DNA of 63,718 nucleotides, filler included, from Choristocarpus tenellus KU-1152 (lineage: Eukaryota > Protista > Phaeophyceae): NCBI GenBank assembly GCA_964200185.2. It is 11 parts of 11 records of this genome, joined end to end, with 100 filler letters (N's around TTAATTAATTAA, not from the genome) between each part and the next. Parts side by side here need not be neighbours in the genome. Positions count along the whole stretch, not along the records: positions 49,831 to 54,838 come from CAXNAD020012186.1; positions 54,939 to 60,527 come from CAXNAD020010324.1; positions 60,628 to 63,718 come from CAXNAD020022383.1; 8 more parts are not named here. The stretch is one strand, 5' to 3'. The notes beneath the pieces were generated by a model that had not been told where the DNA came from, did not search any database, and worked only from the letters and a program-made list of their open reading frames with translations. The first letter of the stretch is position 1. The number at the start of each line of letters is the position of its first letter. A program made the position numbers and the translations under genes. Shown here piece by piece: positions 51,327 to 63,718 of this stretch.

Positions 51327-54302
51327 CTCCAAAAGCAGACGAGAATGCAGTACTTTGCACGCATGTGCACAGATGTCTTGGCTGCTCGAGGCCCTACCCT
51401 CCTTGGAGAGGAAGCTCCACAAGGCCACAAGTGGAACGATATCGTGGAGGCAGCCGCTGGAGTATTCGCGGAGAAGGCCGCAGAAACGTTGCCAACTGAG
51501 TTGCTGTCCCTGTCCTACATGGTTGGGAAAAAACGCTTTCCGGAAGAATGGGTAAGCCCCGGATCCGCGAGGATTCGTCAACCAACCTCTGTACAGATGG
51601 ATATAGCGGTACAGATCACAGCGATTCTCTGGTGTATGATCCGAAGTACCTACACAACGACCAATACGCTCACAACATACTATACATAGAGAGGGAGCGA
51701 GTTTTATCATCGAAATGTTCAATTTGCTTCTCTATGTCAGATACCTTTGAAGCGCATGTTGTCACAAGAAATAAACAACAGAATGAATTTGTAGCGTCCT
51801 CTCATGGTGTGATCTTTTGTACGCAGCGTTCCATTCTACTCCCTAAGTATACAGACAGTGAAGAAGGAGTGTGCATTCGTGTCTCCTGCTCTTATCGCAC
51901 TTTCACCACATTGATATTGCATTCCACACTCCACAATAGGCCCTAATTATATACCAAAGTACTTGCACAAGGACTAAAACGCTCACAACATACTAATTCT
52001 GTCCTTGCCCACTCCATATGCAATTCGCCTTTTGCAGTTCTCTACAACACTAACCGGTGTCCGTGCCAAGAAAGAGCACACAACGAAGACAAAGAAACCT
52101 TCCTCCAAAAGGAAGAGCAAGAGCGAGGAGGAAAGTGTGAAGGAGGCCAGCCCCAGCCCCTCCAGAGGTGAAAGAGACGAACTCCCCTTCACCTCAGAAA
52201 AACAGAGGATTGCATTCACGAAGAGAATGCACATGAAGGATGTTTTAATTGAGCAGGCTGTTCTCGAGGTCGCGTTGATGAAGATGAAGGAACTGAAGTT
52301 GCAAGATGAGCACGAAATGGGTGCCAACAAGGAAGGGAATTCCAACACCACATCAACCATAGAGCCTGCAGAAGAACCCTACATCCTATCAGAGGAGGTA
52401 ATTTGTACCATGTTGACGGTTTAACCTCTTCACTTCCTTGCGTGAATGCATCCTTTGGCAAATCGAGATGCAGGAAATATCCGCACTCGGTAGGACCCTA
52501 TTCAGACTCTTGCACTGACTTTAATATCGTCTGTATGAAAACGAACCCATTTTTACTTGAAAAGTACGCCCCACCCCTGTGTTTCAAAGGTGGGAAGGAG
52601 ATTGCTGCTGAGGAATGTGGAAAAGGGTGACGTCTTCCTCAAGATTGTGGAAGGCTCGAACGGTGTTGCCCTACGCAAAGGAGTAGGAAGTGAAGTCAAG
52701 CAAGTCTAAATAAACGTTTCATGACATGATGATAAAGAGACCAGCAATAGAGGAGCAATGAGTTTTTGGTTTCTTTCGTAATGAAGAAGAACAGACCTGA
52801 AATCCATTTTAGTCAAGAATGCCGTAGTGTATTGACGCGCAACCCCGTCTCCCACACCAAATGGTAAATAACATGAAGAGGTCAATTGCCTAGGATAGTC
52901 CACACCACGCATGACAATGCTACCATGGTGATTTTGACACTCGCAATGGTTAATGGCATACAACATTTTTTTTTGCTTTGTTTAGGGCTTGTACTGACAC
53001 ATGGACAGTTCTCGTCTGTTTCCCCCCGCACACATCTCAAAAATGTCAAAGATCACAATAACAATATAGCGGAGGGGAAGAACACAAGTCGTAGAGACAC
53101 TGGCCTCACTTGTGCGTGTTACTCACTTCCACTCATAAATCCCTAATGAGTTCGCCTTAAAGATAATTGCACGTGTTTTAAAATTAATTTATCACTTTTC
53201 GAGTTGCCCTAACACATATCAGGACACACACGAGATACGTCACCACCTCTGCTCCTGACATCCGTTCCCCACACAGCTCCAGATTCGAGGCGTGCCACCT
53301 GCGTTGTCATCGTGCCAGGAAACACGACTTGTGGAGTCCATGACACGGACGATGTATGGACGAAGCTGAAGGGTTCGTTCAACGCTGGCTTGTCGTCCCT
53401 GCTTCTACGCTCGGGGGGGGTGGTCCACGTATTTGCCAGGCTGCAGGGGAATCGTTACCCCGACAAGGAGAAAGGCTTCGCACATGATCTCGTCAAATTA
53501 TGTCACAAGTGGTGGCCAGAACAAGACTGTGCAGAAGAAGAGGAGGGGAGACTTAGCGGCACTCTCGACTCGCCCGAGGGTGTCCAGGTCTCCCGTATTC
53601 GAGTGTGTGCCGAGAGTGACTCCGAAGAGGACAATCCAGGATGATGAGAGCGACGACGGATCTGCATCAAGTGGAGAGGTTGGTCGTGAACAGGTCGATT
53701 TGTACTGTCGATCTCCTCCCGCTAAGAGGAGGAAGTCTTCCAAAGATGTGGTTGTTCGGGATTCAGGACCCACACAGCGTTCTGGTTCCGAAAAACGCAT
53801 TCCCACCCGCAAGGGAAAGCGTATGCCCGGGACTCCGCCGGCAACCTTGCTGGAGAATATCTTTTCTCCGGTGCATGGCGGTGGGGAGATACCATCACAG
53901 GACACACCATCTGGCGTGAAGGGGAGTGATGTGGACTTGGCGGACAGCGAAGATAAACTGTCCATGTCGGATGATGGTAAGTTCAACATTGGAATGACCG
54001 ATCGATTCCTTAAGGCTTGCGCGGAAGAACTCCTTCGCTCGGCAAACCTATCCTCATCGACATATTATCATGTGCAAACCTGTGTCCTTCAACAGGTTTT
54101 CCATGACTATGGCTTCAGATCGGTGCGGGTTGGTAAATCTGCAAATCTTCTTGTCCTTGACGATCACTGCTACATGCAAATCCTCGATGGCTTGTGTCGT
54201 GGTATGGGATACCAAGAGGACGCTGTGTGCGAAGGACATAGAAGCACTCGCCGTGAGAAAAGCTGTGTTCCTCCATCGTGTCGAGGCAGAAGTGTGAAAT
54301 GA
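51327..54302 (+). pseudogene. Spliced gene of unknown function with one premature stop
   Basis: Phase-0 exons 51327-51551, 52038-52397 and 53277-54302 with canonical AG/GT. A single in-frame TGA at 53367-53369. K/R-rich NLS-like and acidic low-complexity stretches. Confidence 0.5.
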
Positions 54303-57300
54303 CAAGTACTCCTCCCCCCTAAACCTCTGGCATGTGTTGACAGAGGTTTACCCTAAGCTTATAGATTGGTGGCAGGAAGGGAGGTGCGACTTCACACTTG
54401 CTCACCAGCTCAAGTAGATTCTTTTTGGTTTCAGCTCGAACTTGAAGTAAGAGTGTATTTTTCGCGGACTTTAGTCTTTCTGTTCCTTGCGCAATGTGTC
54501 AAACAACCAGGTTTGTATGGTCTAGACCAAAATTGTATTTGTAGACTCTGTCGTTGTACCTGTACAGCATCTGACTTTGCACGGCCTCGGGCAAATGTTT
54601 TGGATTTTGGAGTTTATAACTGGCAGGGCAACCCTAATTCCAGACAAATTAAATGAAACGCGCTCGCTGCTGTGAACCACTCCACTTGGTGAGGTCCAAT
54701 GTTTCCTTCTCTTACCAAAGAACCAGCTTTGGAATAATATTTGGGTTCTCATATTGTTTGGGTATTTGCCACGTCTTTTACAACAGCACACACCTACTCA
54801 CAAGTACAAGTATAGTATCCCGTGGGATATCACCTCTTNNNNNNNNNNNNNNNNNNNNNNNNNNNNNNNNNNNNNNNNNNNNTTAATTAATTAANNNNNN
54901 NNNNNNNNNNNNNNNNNNNNNNNNNNNNNNNNNNNNNNGGATGCCGTGAGGAAGGGGGAGAAATACCAAACAATAATGATTCACAAATACACCAAGGTTG
55001 AATCTCACTTAGGTTAACTACAGGTGTCCGTTAAGACCTCCCCATCAAGTGTACAACATGTATGTCCCTCACTTGATAAATCGAAGTACTGTAGGAACCG
55101 CCAGCTACCAGATGCTTGATTTCTCACCAGATTGTTCCCAAAAAAAAAATTCAAGTGAACGTTCAAAATAAACGTAAAAGATTTTTTGATCTCTGCACCA
55201 AAAAAAAAAAAACAAGGGTACCTGTGACAGATGATCGTCAGGCGAACCTTCCCTCCCATACAATGCAAAACTAACATAGGGAGACCCCGCAATTTCGAGA
55301 GAATTTGAGAAGGAGTTGGAAATGGAAATGGCTGCCAACTGCATATCGAGGGTTCAGCGGGCTTTTGTGGCAGTAGAAATATAAACAATAATGAGGATGT
55401 GTGCGCAGATAGATACCTCCGTTCATGGTATAAACACCATCCATCACGCCGGCAGCACTATTTTTTTCCACAGTCAAACAACCACAAGCTGACCTCAAAG
55501 AAAAAAGGAACAATAAGAACAGATAGATGAATATCAACTGCATGGTGGGTGTACAGTGTCCAGTTCAAGGAAGCAATACAAGATTAATTTGGTTGCCACC
55601 AAACACAAAAAAGGATATCCCTGATCCCCGAAAAGGCAACAGCTTGTTGGCCATGAACTCTCTCCACTTCCTAGTTTCATGCCACGGTCTCTTGTTGTAT
55701 GGGATGCACATACGCATGACCGGTGACTACTGGAAGACTTGTACGTTATCCAAAACCGTTCCCTCTCCCGAACATTGTGTGCGGCAATCGTTGTCTATCG
55801 CCCAAAAGACCGCGCTAATAGAAGAGGGGAGTGTGCCTTGTTGGGATATGAGGGAGGGTGGAGGGGAAAAACTGCATGTGCCCTTTCAAACCAATAAAAG
55901 TTCTATCACTTACACACCCTGCCTATCGAAGAGGGGAAGCAAAACTTGCTAGAACGGGAGGGTAGAGGAGGGAGGAGGGAAAGGAGAAAGGGGAAAGGGG
56001 AGGGGGGTGGTGCATTCCCTTTTGAACTATTGACACGTTCCTTTAACACGAAACAACCTGCCCATCGGAACGGGGAACAGCCCCTCGCCACCGAACGGAA
56101 GGAGGGCGGGGTGTTAGGGAATTTCTCTCACTAGCCAACAACGCTTGTGTCTTTTAGCCCAAAGGACCATGATTTGGGGATAAAAAAAGGAACACGTGGG
56201 GCAGGAGCGTTGTCGAGCGTGGTGCAATTCATCTCAACTTTCGCTCCAACTGATTTGGACAGAGGACTTATCGACGCACATGCCGTGCGTACCAAGGGAT
56301 AGATAGTACGCGATTCAATCGATGACAACGCGGAGGTCTCCCGCCAAGGTCAATCATATATTCACATACAGCACAACGACAACAACGGTGGGGAACTGAG
56401 AGGACGAATAAACCACCAAGGAAGTAACAAATTGAAACGTAGTGGCGGAGACGCATCAGCACGCCGAACGACAGCTGTCACGGGTGGAAAAGGGGACGGA
56501 ATCGGTAATCCGACCCTCTTCGGTCCTTACTTCAATCAAACTGCAGAATTCAAAGATTACAACGGGTACTCTGAATAAGGAAAAGAGCAAATGACTTACT
56601 GGCTGTTTGTAAGTCGCCTATACCGGAACTCGGAAGGACTTGACAATTACGTCTCTATGGTCCTATCCCAAGGTGCAAAGAAAGTCCATGCTCTCACCAT
56701 TGTGAACATCCTCTACTATCAAGGCATTGTCCAAAGTTCGGACAGGTGTTCAGGGCTGAGAGTCCGTGCGTAAGTGTGGTGTGGGATCTCAGAAGAAAAA
56801 TGTCTTCAAGAGGAGAGAATACTGACATTGGACATACGTCTCCATTGAGCCTCGCTTGGACGTCAGACCATACTCTTCCACAGTTACTATTGTGGACTCT
56901 CTCTCAAGCTAAAGTCAGAACCAAAGGTACACCACCCTCTTCACACACCAAACGTAGCTTGCCTGATGCTAGCTGAAGGCCAGTTGCAAGAATGACTACT
57001 GCTCCACGATGATGTCCACCCCTTCCATCTCCCAACAGCCGCATCTGCCCCAATCACAGTCCCACTCTAATGCAATTGGTTGTGATGTCTGGGAACTAGT
57101 TTACCAACAGCCTTCCGTCCAGACCCCCTAACTTGCGACAACAGTGGCGGCTCCCCTCACAACAGTTGTAAGAAGAACACGTGAGTAAAAATAATAATCC
57201 CAGTACTCAACTGTGTTGAAAGGGTATTGGAAGGTGGAAGAACTCGACCGATATTCAAGTTCGGAAATGACAAGATCAGAACGATACACTCTGCACCGAC

Positions 57301-59644
57301 GTTTGTGGGGCCACCGCTAGGAATTTTGTTGGTCCACTTCGCTCAACAAATATTGGTAGTTGGATTGAATTTGATTGCTATTATTAATTAGAAGGGTTAT
57401 ATATATATAGTTGGAGAATTTCCATTCTGTCCCAAAATATCGAACATACTCTAAAGTCCGATATTCTCAGACGTAAAGGACATTAAGGGTTCTGAAAATA
57501 CAGTAGTGGAGGGATATTCGTTCTGTTATACTACAGTATATTCCATCATTATCATTAGGTTATAAAATTTTGAGATTCTCTAAATTTTGTCATGATGGAA
57601 TATTCGCTGTGAGCTAAACAATAATAATATACAATACACACAAAACGTTTTTAATTTTTGGGGGGGAAGATGGATAATAGATTGTTTGAGTTCTGTGTAA
57701 GGGGTTCATGAAGGGTAACATTTTCTTCACTACAAAATGGGAAGGATGCCAGTTTCAACGTAAAAACGTCATTTGTAATAAAATTTTCCATTATTAGAGC
57801 TGGAAGAAACAACGAGGTGAGACATGGAGGTCAGATGGGAGTTAACACTTGATCAATGTCTGTCGGTCATGGCAAATGTTGACGATATGGGTTGTGTCTA
57901 TGGACCAATAAAGTATGACGAAGATTATGTTACAGTGATTGGGTCGAGAGGATAGGGCATTCGGGTTCACTGTGTCTGAAGTGAAGACAGAGGGCATGTG
58001 TTCTTCAACCTCCCAACTAGGTCGAAGACATCATGGAGATCTGACCTGCCGATCACATCTACAAAGAGACTGAAAATATTATCTACCTTTAAGGATCGAT
58101 CGGTGATGACGCTGACATCACCGCCAAGTTTAAGTCTGGGGGGTTTGCTCTAAGTATGGCCGTGTACTTCAATAGAACCACAAATGTATCACTTGAGCTT
58201 AAGATCCGAACACTCGAGGGTGTAGTGCTTTAGGTCCAATTGTACAGTTGTGTGACGAGGACTCTCTGCAGGTTCACAATGTTAGGTTTCGCTCTCATCA
58301 TAAATTCCTCCTATGCTGCATCGTATCTAACAGAGAGGCGCAAATCAAACACTGTTTATCCCATAAATATGTCATTATGAAGACCGAGTGTGCAATTGAA
58401 TCTTTCTTTTGCCCTTTCCCCCATAGGACAAGACGTTATATGTTATGACTTCAAGGATATCCTATCCCAAGTACCGTTATTGGGTGCTTTGGGATGAGCT
58501 TGGGTTTTCTTAACAGCCTTCCTTACCTAATTTAGCTCTTTTTTGTGCGTCTATACTCCTTTCTACGTTTCTGGAGTAATTTTTGGATTCACAAGCTTTG
58601 TGTTTGGTACGATATTAATTATATTTTACCCGTTTGGATTTTGGAGATGTTCTCGTGGAGGGAGCAAGATGAAACCAATATAATGCAAAGAATGGCTACA
58701 AATGCCACAGAAACAGAGTCTGCATTGCTTGTAATGGTGGCCTTCTGATATACTAACCATACATTTGTGCTACTCCTCTTCATGTACCTCTATTACCATG
58801 GGTTTGGGACCCCTCACACCAATTATACACTAATGTGAAGATGAAGGTATCAGTATCTGCCGGTGCCTACAAAGTGGTACATATTTGTGCGCTCGTAGTA
58901 ACTACAATAAGAAATACACCCATCCTCTTCTATCTATAGTCCTATTATTTTGTTGAACATTGATAAAGGGATGGTTGACCCAAAATACATTTTTATTTTA
59001 AACTGTCTTGCAGGGTGTTGGAGAAAAGGTGCTACAACACACATAGACACCACTGATAATTGAGTTGCGGGGACAGTTTGTAGTAGCTACCAATCATGTC
59101 ACAGCAATTCACTAGTGGTAGGTGATGATAGAGCGTATCACAGATTCGTATTCTGGTCCCAAATATATACTCAAAGAGCTGTTGCTCGTGTGCAAGTTAA
59201 CTGGAGAGATCTCTATTATGAACCTACTGCTTATTATTGCTTCTGTTGAAGGGATCCCTTAGGAATCCAGCAGAGTATGTGAATGCATGTGTGAATGAGA
59301 AATGGGAGGTTTGCATTGCTGCAGTTCGCTAGTGTTTTGCTATTCAAACTGGTGTATAGATCACAACACCAAGACCATTCTTGTTCACAATGTATATCTT
59401 TATGGATAACATTCTCTTGTGGCATCATCACCATTATGGAATCGTTGGGACACAGGGCGGCGGCCGGTGGAGCTTTCACTGGCTAAAGAATTCCCTGTTA
59501 GCAGCTTCGAAAATCAAGGATATGCACAGACCTTCAAGATTATTACTCATGTACATTTAGGTAGGTTACCTCCTTTTGCGCAGGCAGGCATAGACCTCCC
59601 CTGGCCCAAATCGCCCATCCTACCCAGGTACAGCCCTACCCATT

Positions 59645-59906
59645 AACCCAAAGCAATTAAGAGGGTAGGAGTTTTGCTGTGTTTGTTCATTCGGTGCTTG
59701 ACTTTCCCACTGTTTTTTTATGCCCTTTTTCGGTTTTCTGTGTGAACACAGTTATCTAACATGTATACGACTATGAAAGGTGTGTGTGGAGCAAGGATAT
59801 TGACACTTTCTATCAAACATGATGATAGCCAAAATTCATCAAAATCTCAACATTGGATTTATGACCCCGAACAGACACGGCCCTACCCTTTGAAAAGCTT
59901 TTTGTC
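59645..59906 (+). mobile_element. MITE family A, variant subfamily (diverged)
   Basis: Homologous to 41476-41733; flanks ATT/ATT. Confidence 0.75.
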
Positions 59907-61243
59907 ATTTCCTCCTTCGTGTTGGTGAAGCCTTGTTACTGCCAGTTGGTACACCTTATCCTTATGCTTTCCTCCAGGCATAGCCCTTGAAGCCCCCCCT
60001 TCTGCCTTTCTCGCCCGTGCTGCTGGAGCGCTGTGGCTGCTTATTTGTGATCATCATCTCCTTATCTTTACCCTGCAGCATAACCCTCCCACTTTTACCC
60101 TGTGCAAAGTAGGAAATATGTGAGGCACCCATTGGTTTCGTGTATGAGTCGAATTTGGCTTCAGTCCCGGAGAGGTTTACTAATGAGATATTGCGTTCGG
60201 ATTGATTATTATTGATGACTGGCATTTTAGTTAGACTACACACTGCATTGATAAGTTCTATAATGTGCTTTCTGTATTACCAGTATAGTGTCGGGACATC
60301 AATTGTACCATTGAACAAGTAGCACTGTCAATATATTGTGTTGTGTGATAGGGCGATTCTTATGTCCAGCATCAAATCAAACAATTTCTGAACCAAATTA
60401 ATTGAGTGGTAGGTAAGTTAGGACCCTTTTGCATTCCAGATCAACTTTCTCGCCCTATGTAGATACGCTATTTCATTGCTTTGTGTGCGCAATAGACTCA
60501 AAGCATCTGGGGGGGGGGGTTGTGAAGNNNNNNNNNNNNNNNNNNNNNNNNNNNNNNNNNNNNNNNNNNNNTTAATTAATTAANNNNNNNNNNNNNNNNN
60601 NNNNNNNNNNNNNNNNNNNNNNNNNNNACTGCGTAGACGGGGGAGGTGGGGGGGGGGGGGTGGGATAAGGAGGGGAATAAAAAAAAATCTAAATCTATAT
60701 ATACATATATATATATCAATAAATTTGTATGCATATATATATATATATATATGAACAAAATTTCATTGTATTCATGTCTTGGGATATAAAACACCTCCGT
60801 AAACTAGAACCTCATGGCGTAATGGGTAGGTTTGGAACGGACTTGCACCTATTGAGTTGAGAGGAGAGCCTGCAGTCAACACTGCTAAAGCTAAAAGAGA
60901 GTAACTTCAATCTGTGTAAAAGAGAGTTGTTGTTCGTGTAGCAATAAGATTTTATTTTTTTGTCAAGCAGAAGCTGAGCGGGCTACTGAGGTACTATTGA
61001 TGTGTGTGACTGTATCTATCCCGATCTCTGAACGCGGTTGAACCAAAAAGGTTTCAACAAAAATTGGAGCATATTTCATTCACCATCTCTCAGGTGTGCA
61101 CAGGACCCTGTATTATTGATAAAGGGCATCTTCCAATCTCATGCTCTTGCAGTGAGTCAGTAATGAGCAGGTCACACCTGAATAGCTCGAGTGACTTTGA
61201 GCAAACTTGCAAGTGATTGGTACTGTTCTATATGTCTCAGTGT

Positions 61244-61248
61244 ATGTA

Positions 61249-61285
<37 letters not shown>

Positions 61286-61425
61286 CTGCCCAGCAACATC
61301 CTAACCCTAACCCTAAGACTGATTTTGGTGACTGTTAATAATAGATATCGATGCAGATACATCCATGAAGAAACGTGCACATATATAATACATACATACA
61401 TACATACATACATACATACATGCAT
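61244..61425. repeat. (TG)n, short CCCTAA telomere-like and (CATA)n microsatellites
   Basis: Directly visible. Confidence 0.85.
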
Positions 61426-61463
61426 GCATTATAAGAGATAGCACTTGACAATAGAAAATAGAT

Positions 61464-61648
61464 GACTCAAAGTATCTGGGGGAGGGGTGGCGGCTGTCCA
61501 TTTTGGGCCCATTTTTTTCCACATTATGTTTTTTGGGTAATTTGGTTCCACATGTCAGGTGGAAAATATAAGTGCACTTTTCCTGGTCAGGGCTTGAATG
61601 AACACCCTGGTGTAGACCTCGACCTCCCCCCCCCGGACATTTTGAGTC
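61464..61648 (+). mobile_element. MITE family B
   Basis: GACTCAAAGTATCTGGGG...CATTTTGAGTC; flanks AGAT/AGGT. Confidence 0.88.
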
Positions 61649-62102
61649 AGGTCTCAGATTTCAGGAGCGAGTGACCTCAAGCTTGGATTGCATCATAGTA
61701 AGAGGTCCACCAGCCACCTCACAACTCCCATTCCCCCATCCCCAACTCAAATCCCAACCCTCTGCAAACGTGACCCTCTACAAGTACATTGTTTGGAATG
61801 CAAGATCTTGTCACATTTTGATGTTCGTCCAAAACAAAGAATACACAGACTGGACAACCTACGAACAAGCTAGTGTTCACAATTGTCCAAAAGTACTAAT
61901 GCCAAAACACGAGAAGGGGAGGTGAGAGAAGCTGAATTTGTAGGTGGTGTGTTGAGAGTGTTCATCTTGGTAAATCTTGACAACCAAGAATGCTCTGGCA
62001 CATGATAGAACACACTCTCTCCCTCTAAACGATAGGACCATAGTGGAAAGAAGAGGGGGGGGCTGGTAGGAGTACTTGTTGTAGGTGTTGACCACACAAT
62101 AC

Positions 62103-63718
62103 CTGAGAGGATCCTGGCGGAGAGGATGACGGGCCTGCGCCTAATGCGGCAGCCAGGTTAACCAGAGAGGCTGTGAGCATTGGAGCTATGGTGGCAGAAG
62201 CTCGAAGGTGGTCAAAGGACAGGAGGGAAGCCAGGGTGGGAGGGACAACTTGGAGCAGGGCTCGAAAGTCAACAGCATCGGCGGCTTTGGAAACACCTGG
62301 CCCTGTCTCGGCGTGAGCGCCTTTGCTGCTCCTCTTCAGCGCGTCCTGGAAAATATAAAAAAAAGTACATATGGAGGTCTGATCGACAGCTGTGCTGGGT
62401 GCATTTGCTAGGGATTATGGAGAGACCATCTGGTCGGTTAGCCTGCTCACAAAATGAGTGAAGTGGGTTGATATTGACGGAGCGGAACTACACAGCTTGC
62501 TCGGCGAAGAAACCGAGATAAATGAACCAACACTAGCGTAAAAGGTACACAATAATTAGAGAGCATGCCGTTAGACAGGGGTCACTCGTATTTCTTGGTC
62601 TCTGAACCGTAGAGGTACATGATTGTTGGTGATAATTTCCTTGCAATGCAACACCCTGGCATAGAAGAACTGTAATCTTTCGGTACCCTCCAGAGCTTCA
62701 GGCAACGACACTTTGGAGGTGCTACTTTCACCGTCACGCTCACCATAGTGAGGTCAAGAAGCAGCCTCGACAACTCAGGAGCGACACTTGCAAGCTCCTC
62801 CATTCTGTGAGCAAACTCTGAAGCTATCACTTCCTGCTCTTTGACCTCTTCGTCGACTTGTTCGCAGAAATCGGTGCCGCACTTTCTGGTTCCACTTTCG
62901 TCTACGGCCTGGCGTACATTCTCAGTTGCTGCCCCTAACGCCTCTCGGGCAGCGATACATCGATCGACCACCACCTTGGCCATTCTTGCCCTCTGCAGGG
63001 CGGACGTAGGGGAGGCATCTTTGGGATCCACATCAAGTCTGGACATATCGACATCGTGTTTGATCATGGTTTGTGTTTTATCAATTTTAGGTAAAACTTG
63101 AGAAATGGAGAATTTCAAACAACTTTCCATAACTTGCACTTTCGGGCGAACTGATTGGGACCATAAGAAAGAACTTTGTTTTGACAAGCAAAAAAGCATA
63201 AAAAAAACATCGTCATGGATTAAACTAAATACATGTTGTCGCCACCATCGCCTGCGGCAGTTATTAATATCTGCCACAACAAATATGCGTACTCGGCTCT
63301 CAATACACACCACCCATTCTTCAAGAGGCCAACGAGGTATACTTTACTAACACGAATATCTGCCACAAGCTTACTAATCCGACATCTCTCTACATTTCCC
63401 TAGCGCCAGAATTGGACCGAAAATGTGTAGCGGTAAACCTAACCCGCGTATTTGGCTCCAGCATTTGCGTAGGAGCCAAAGGTCTCTTCCATGCCGCCGT
63501 ACTGCTCCGTCCTTTATCCGCTCAAGGATAAGTCCTTGGACGGACGTATGCAAGGGCACTCCCGTACATACGCCTGCCCTGGCAGAGGCCCCCCTCCCCT
63601 CCCCCCCTTACCAATGTTTTCCTCCTCTTCATCTTCCTCCTCGTCCTCCTCCTTGTCGTCGCCGGTGTTGTCTTCCCTTTCGTCCCCATTCTCCCCCCCC
63701 CTCTCCTCTCCTCGTCCC
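62103..63718 (-). CDS. Internal exons of a spliced gene of unknown function (5' end off the window)
   Basis: Exons 63444-(63718), 62744-63038 and 62103-62345 with GT-AG and matching phases: acidic D/E tract...VQGLILERIKDGAVRRHGRDLWLLRKCWSQIRG|LDVDPKDASPTSALQRARMAKVVVDRC...LLLDLTM|DALKRSSKG...DFRALLQVVPPTLASLLSFDHL. Confidence 0.65.

Noticed and set aside
61300-61316. Telomere (CCCTAA repeats; also at about 4808, 16160 and 16251)
   Set aside because: Only 2-3 internal units, i.e. interstitial simple repeats rather than a chromosome end.

Overview
Eukaryotic, intron-rich, repeat-rich genomic DNA. The gene style suggests a stramenopile, probably brown-algal, genome, but that is inference only. 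The window is not one locus: 11 short contigs are joined by artificial 100-nt linkers (44 N + TTAATTAATTAA + 44 N), so synteny across linkers is meaningless. Genes reconstructed by hand: (1) a minus-strand 13-exon, phase-consistent gene (353-11451, last exon off the left edge) encoding 4 ankyrin repeats, a GAT-like helical bundle and an IRAK/Pelle/RLK-type RD kinase, which is the most interesting item; (2) the 3' part of an MFSD6-like MFS transporter (14209-18956); (3) a spliced gene of unknown function running off the right edge; (4) a spliced Ser/Thr kinase pseudogene (about 41.4-45.9 kb) and an orphan spliced gene with one premature stop (51327-54302). The rest is dominated by mobile DNA. 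This includes two related MITE families sharing G(A/G)(G/C)TCAAAGTATCT-type termini with mixed 3- and 4-bp TSDs (about 20 copies), a Ty1/copia element plus solo LTR with non-canonical TG...TA ends and a half-tRNA-Met PBS, IS630/Tc1-mariner, pogo-like, Gypsy gag and CRE-like remnants, and foldback elements. No CRISPR, rRNA or intact tRNA was seen. All domain calls are by eye and no database search was run.
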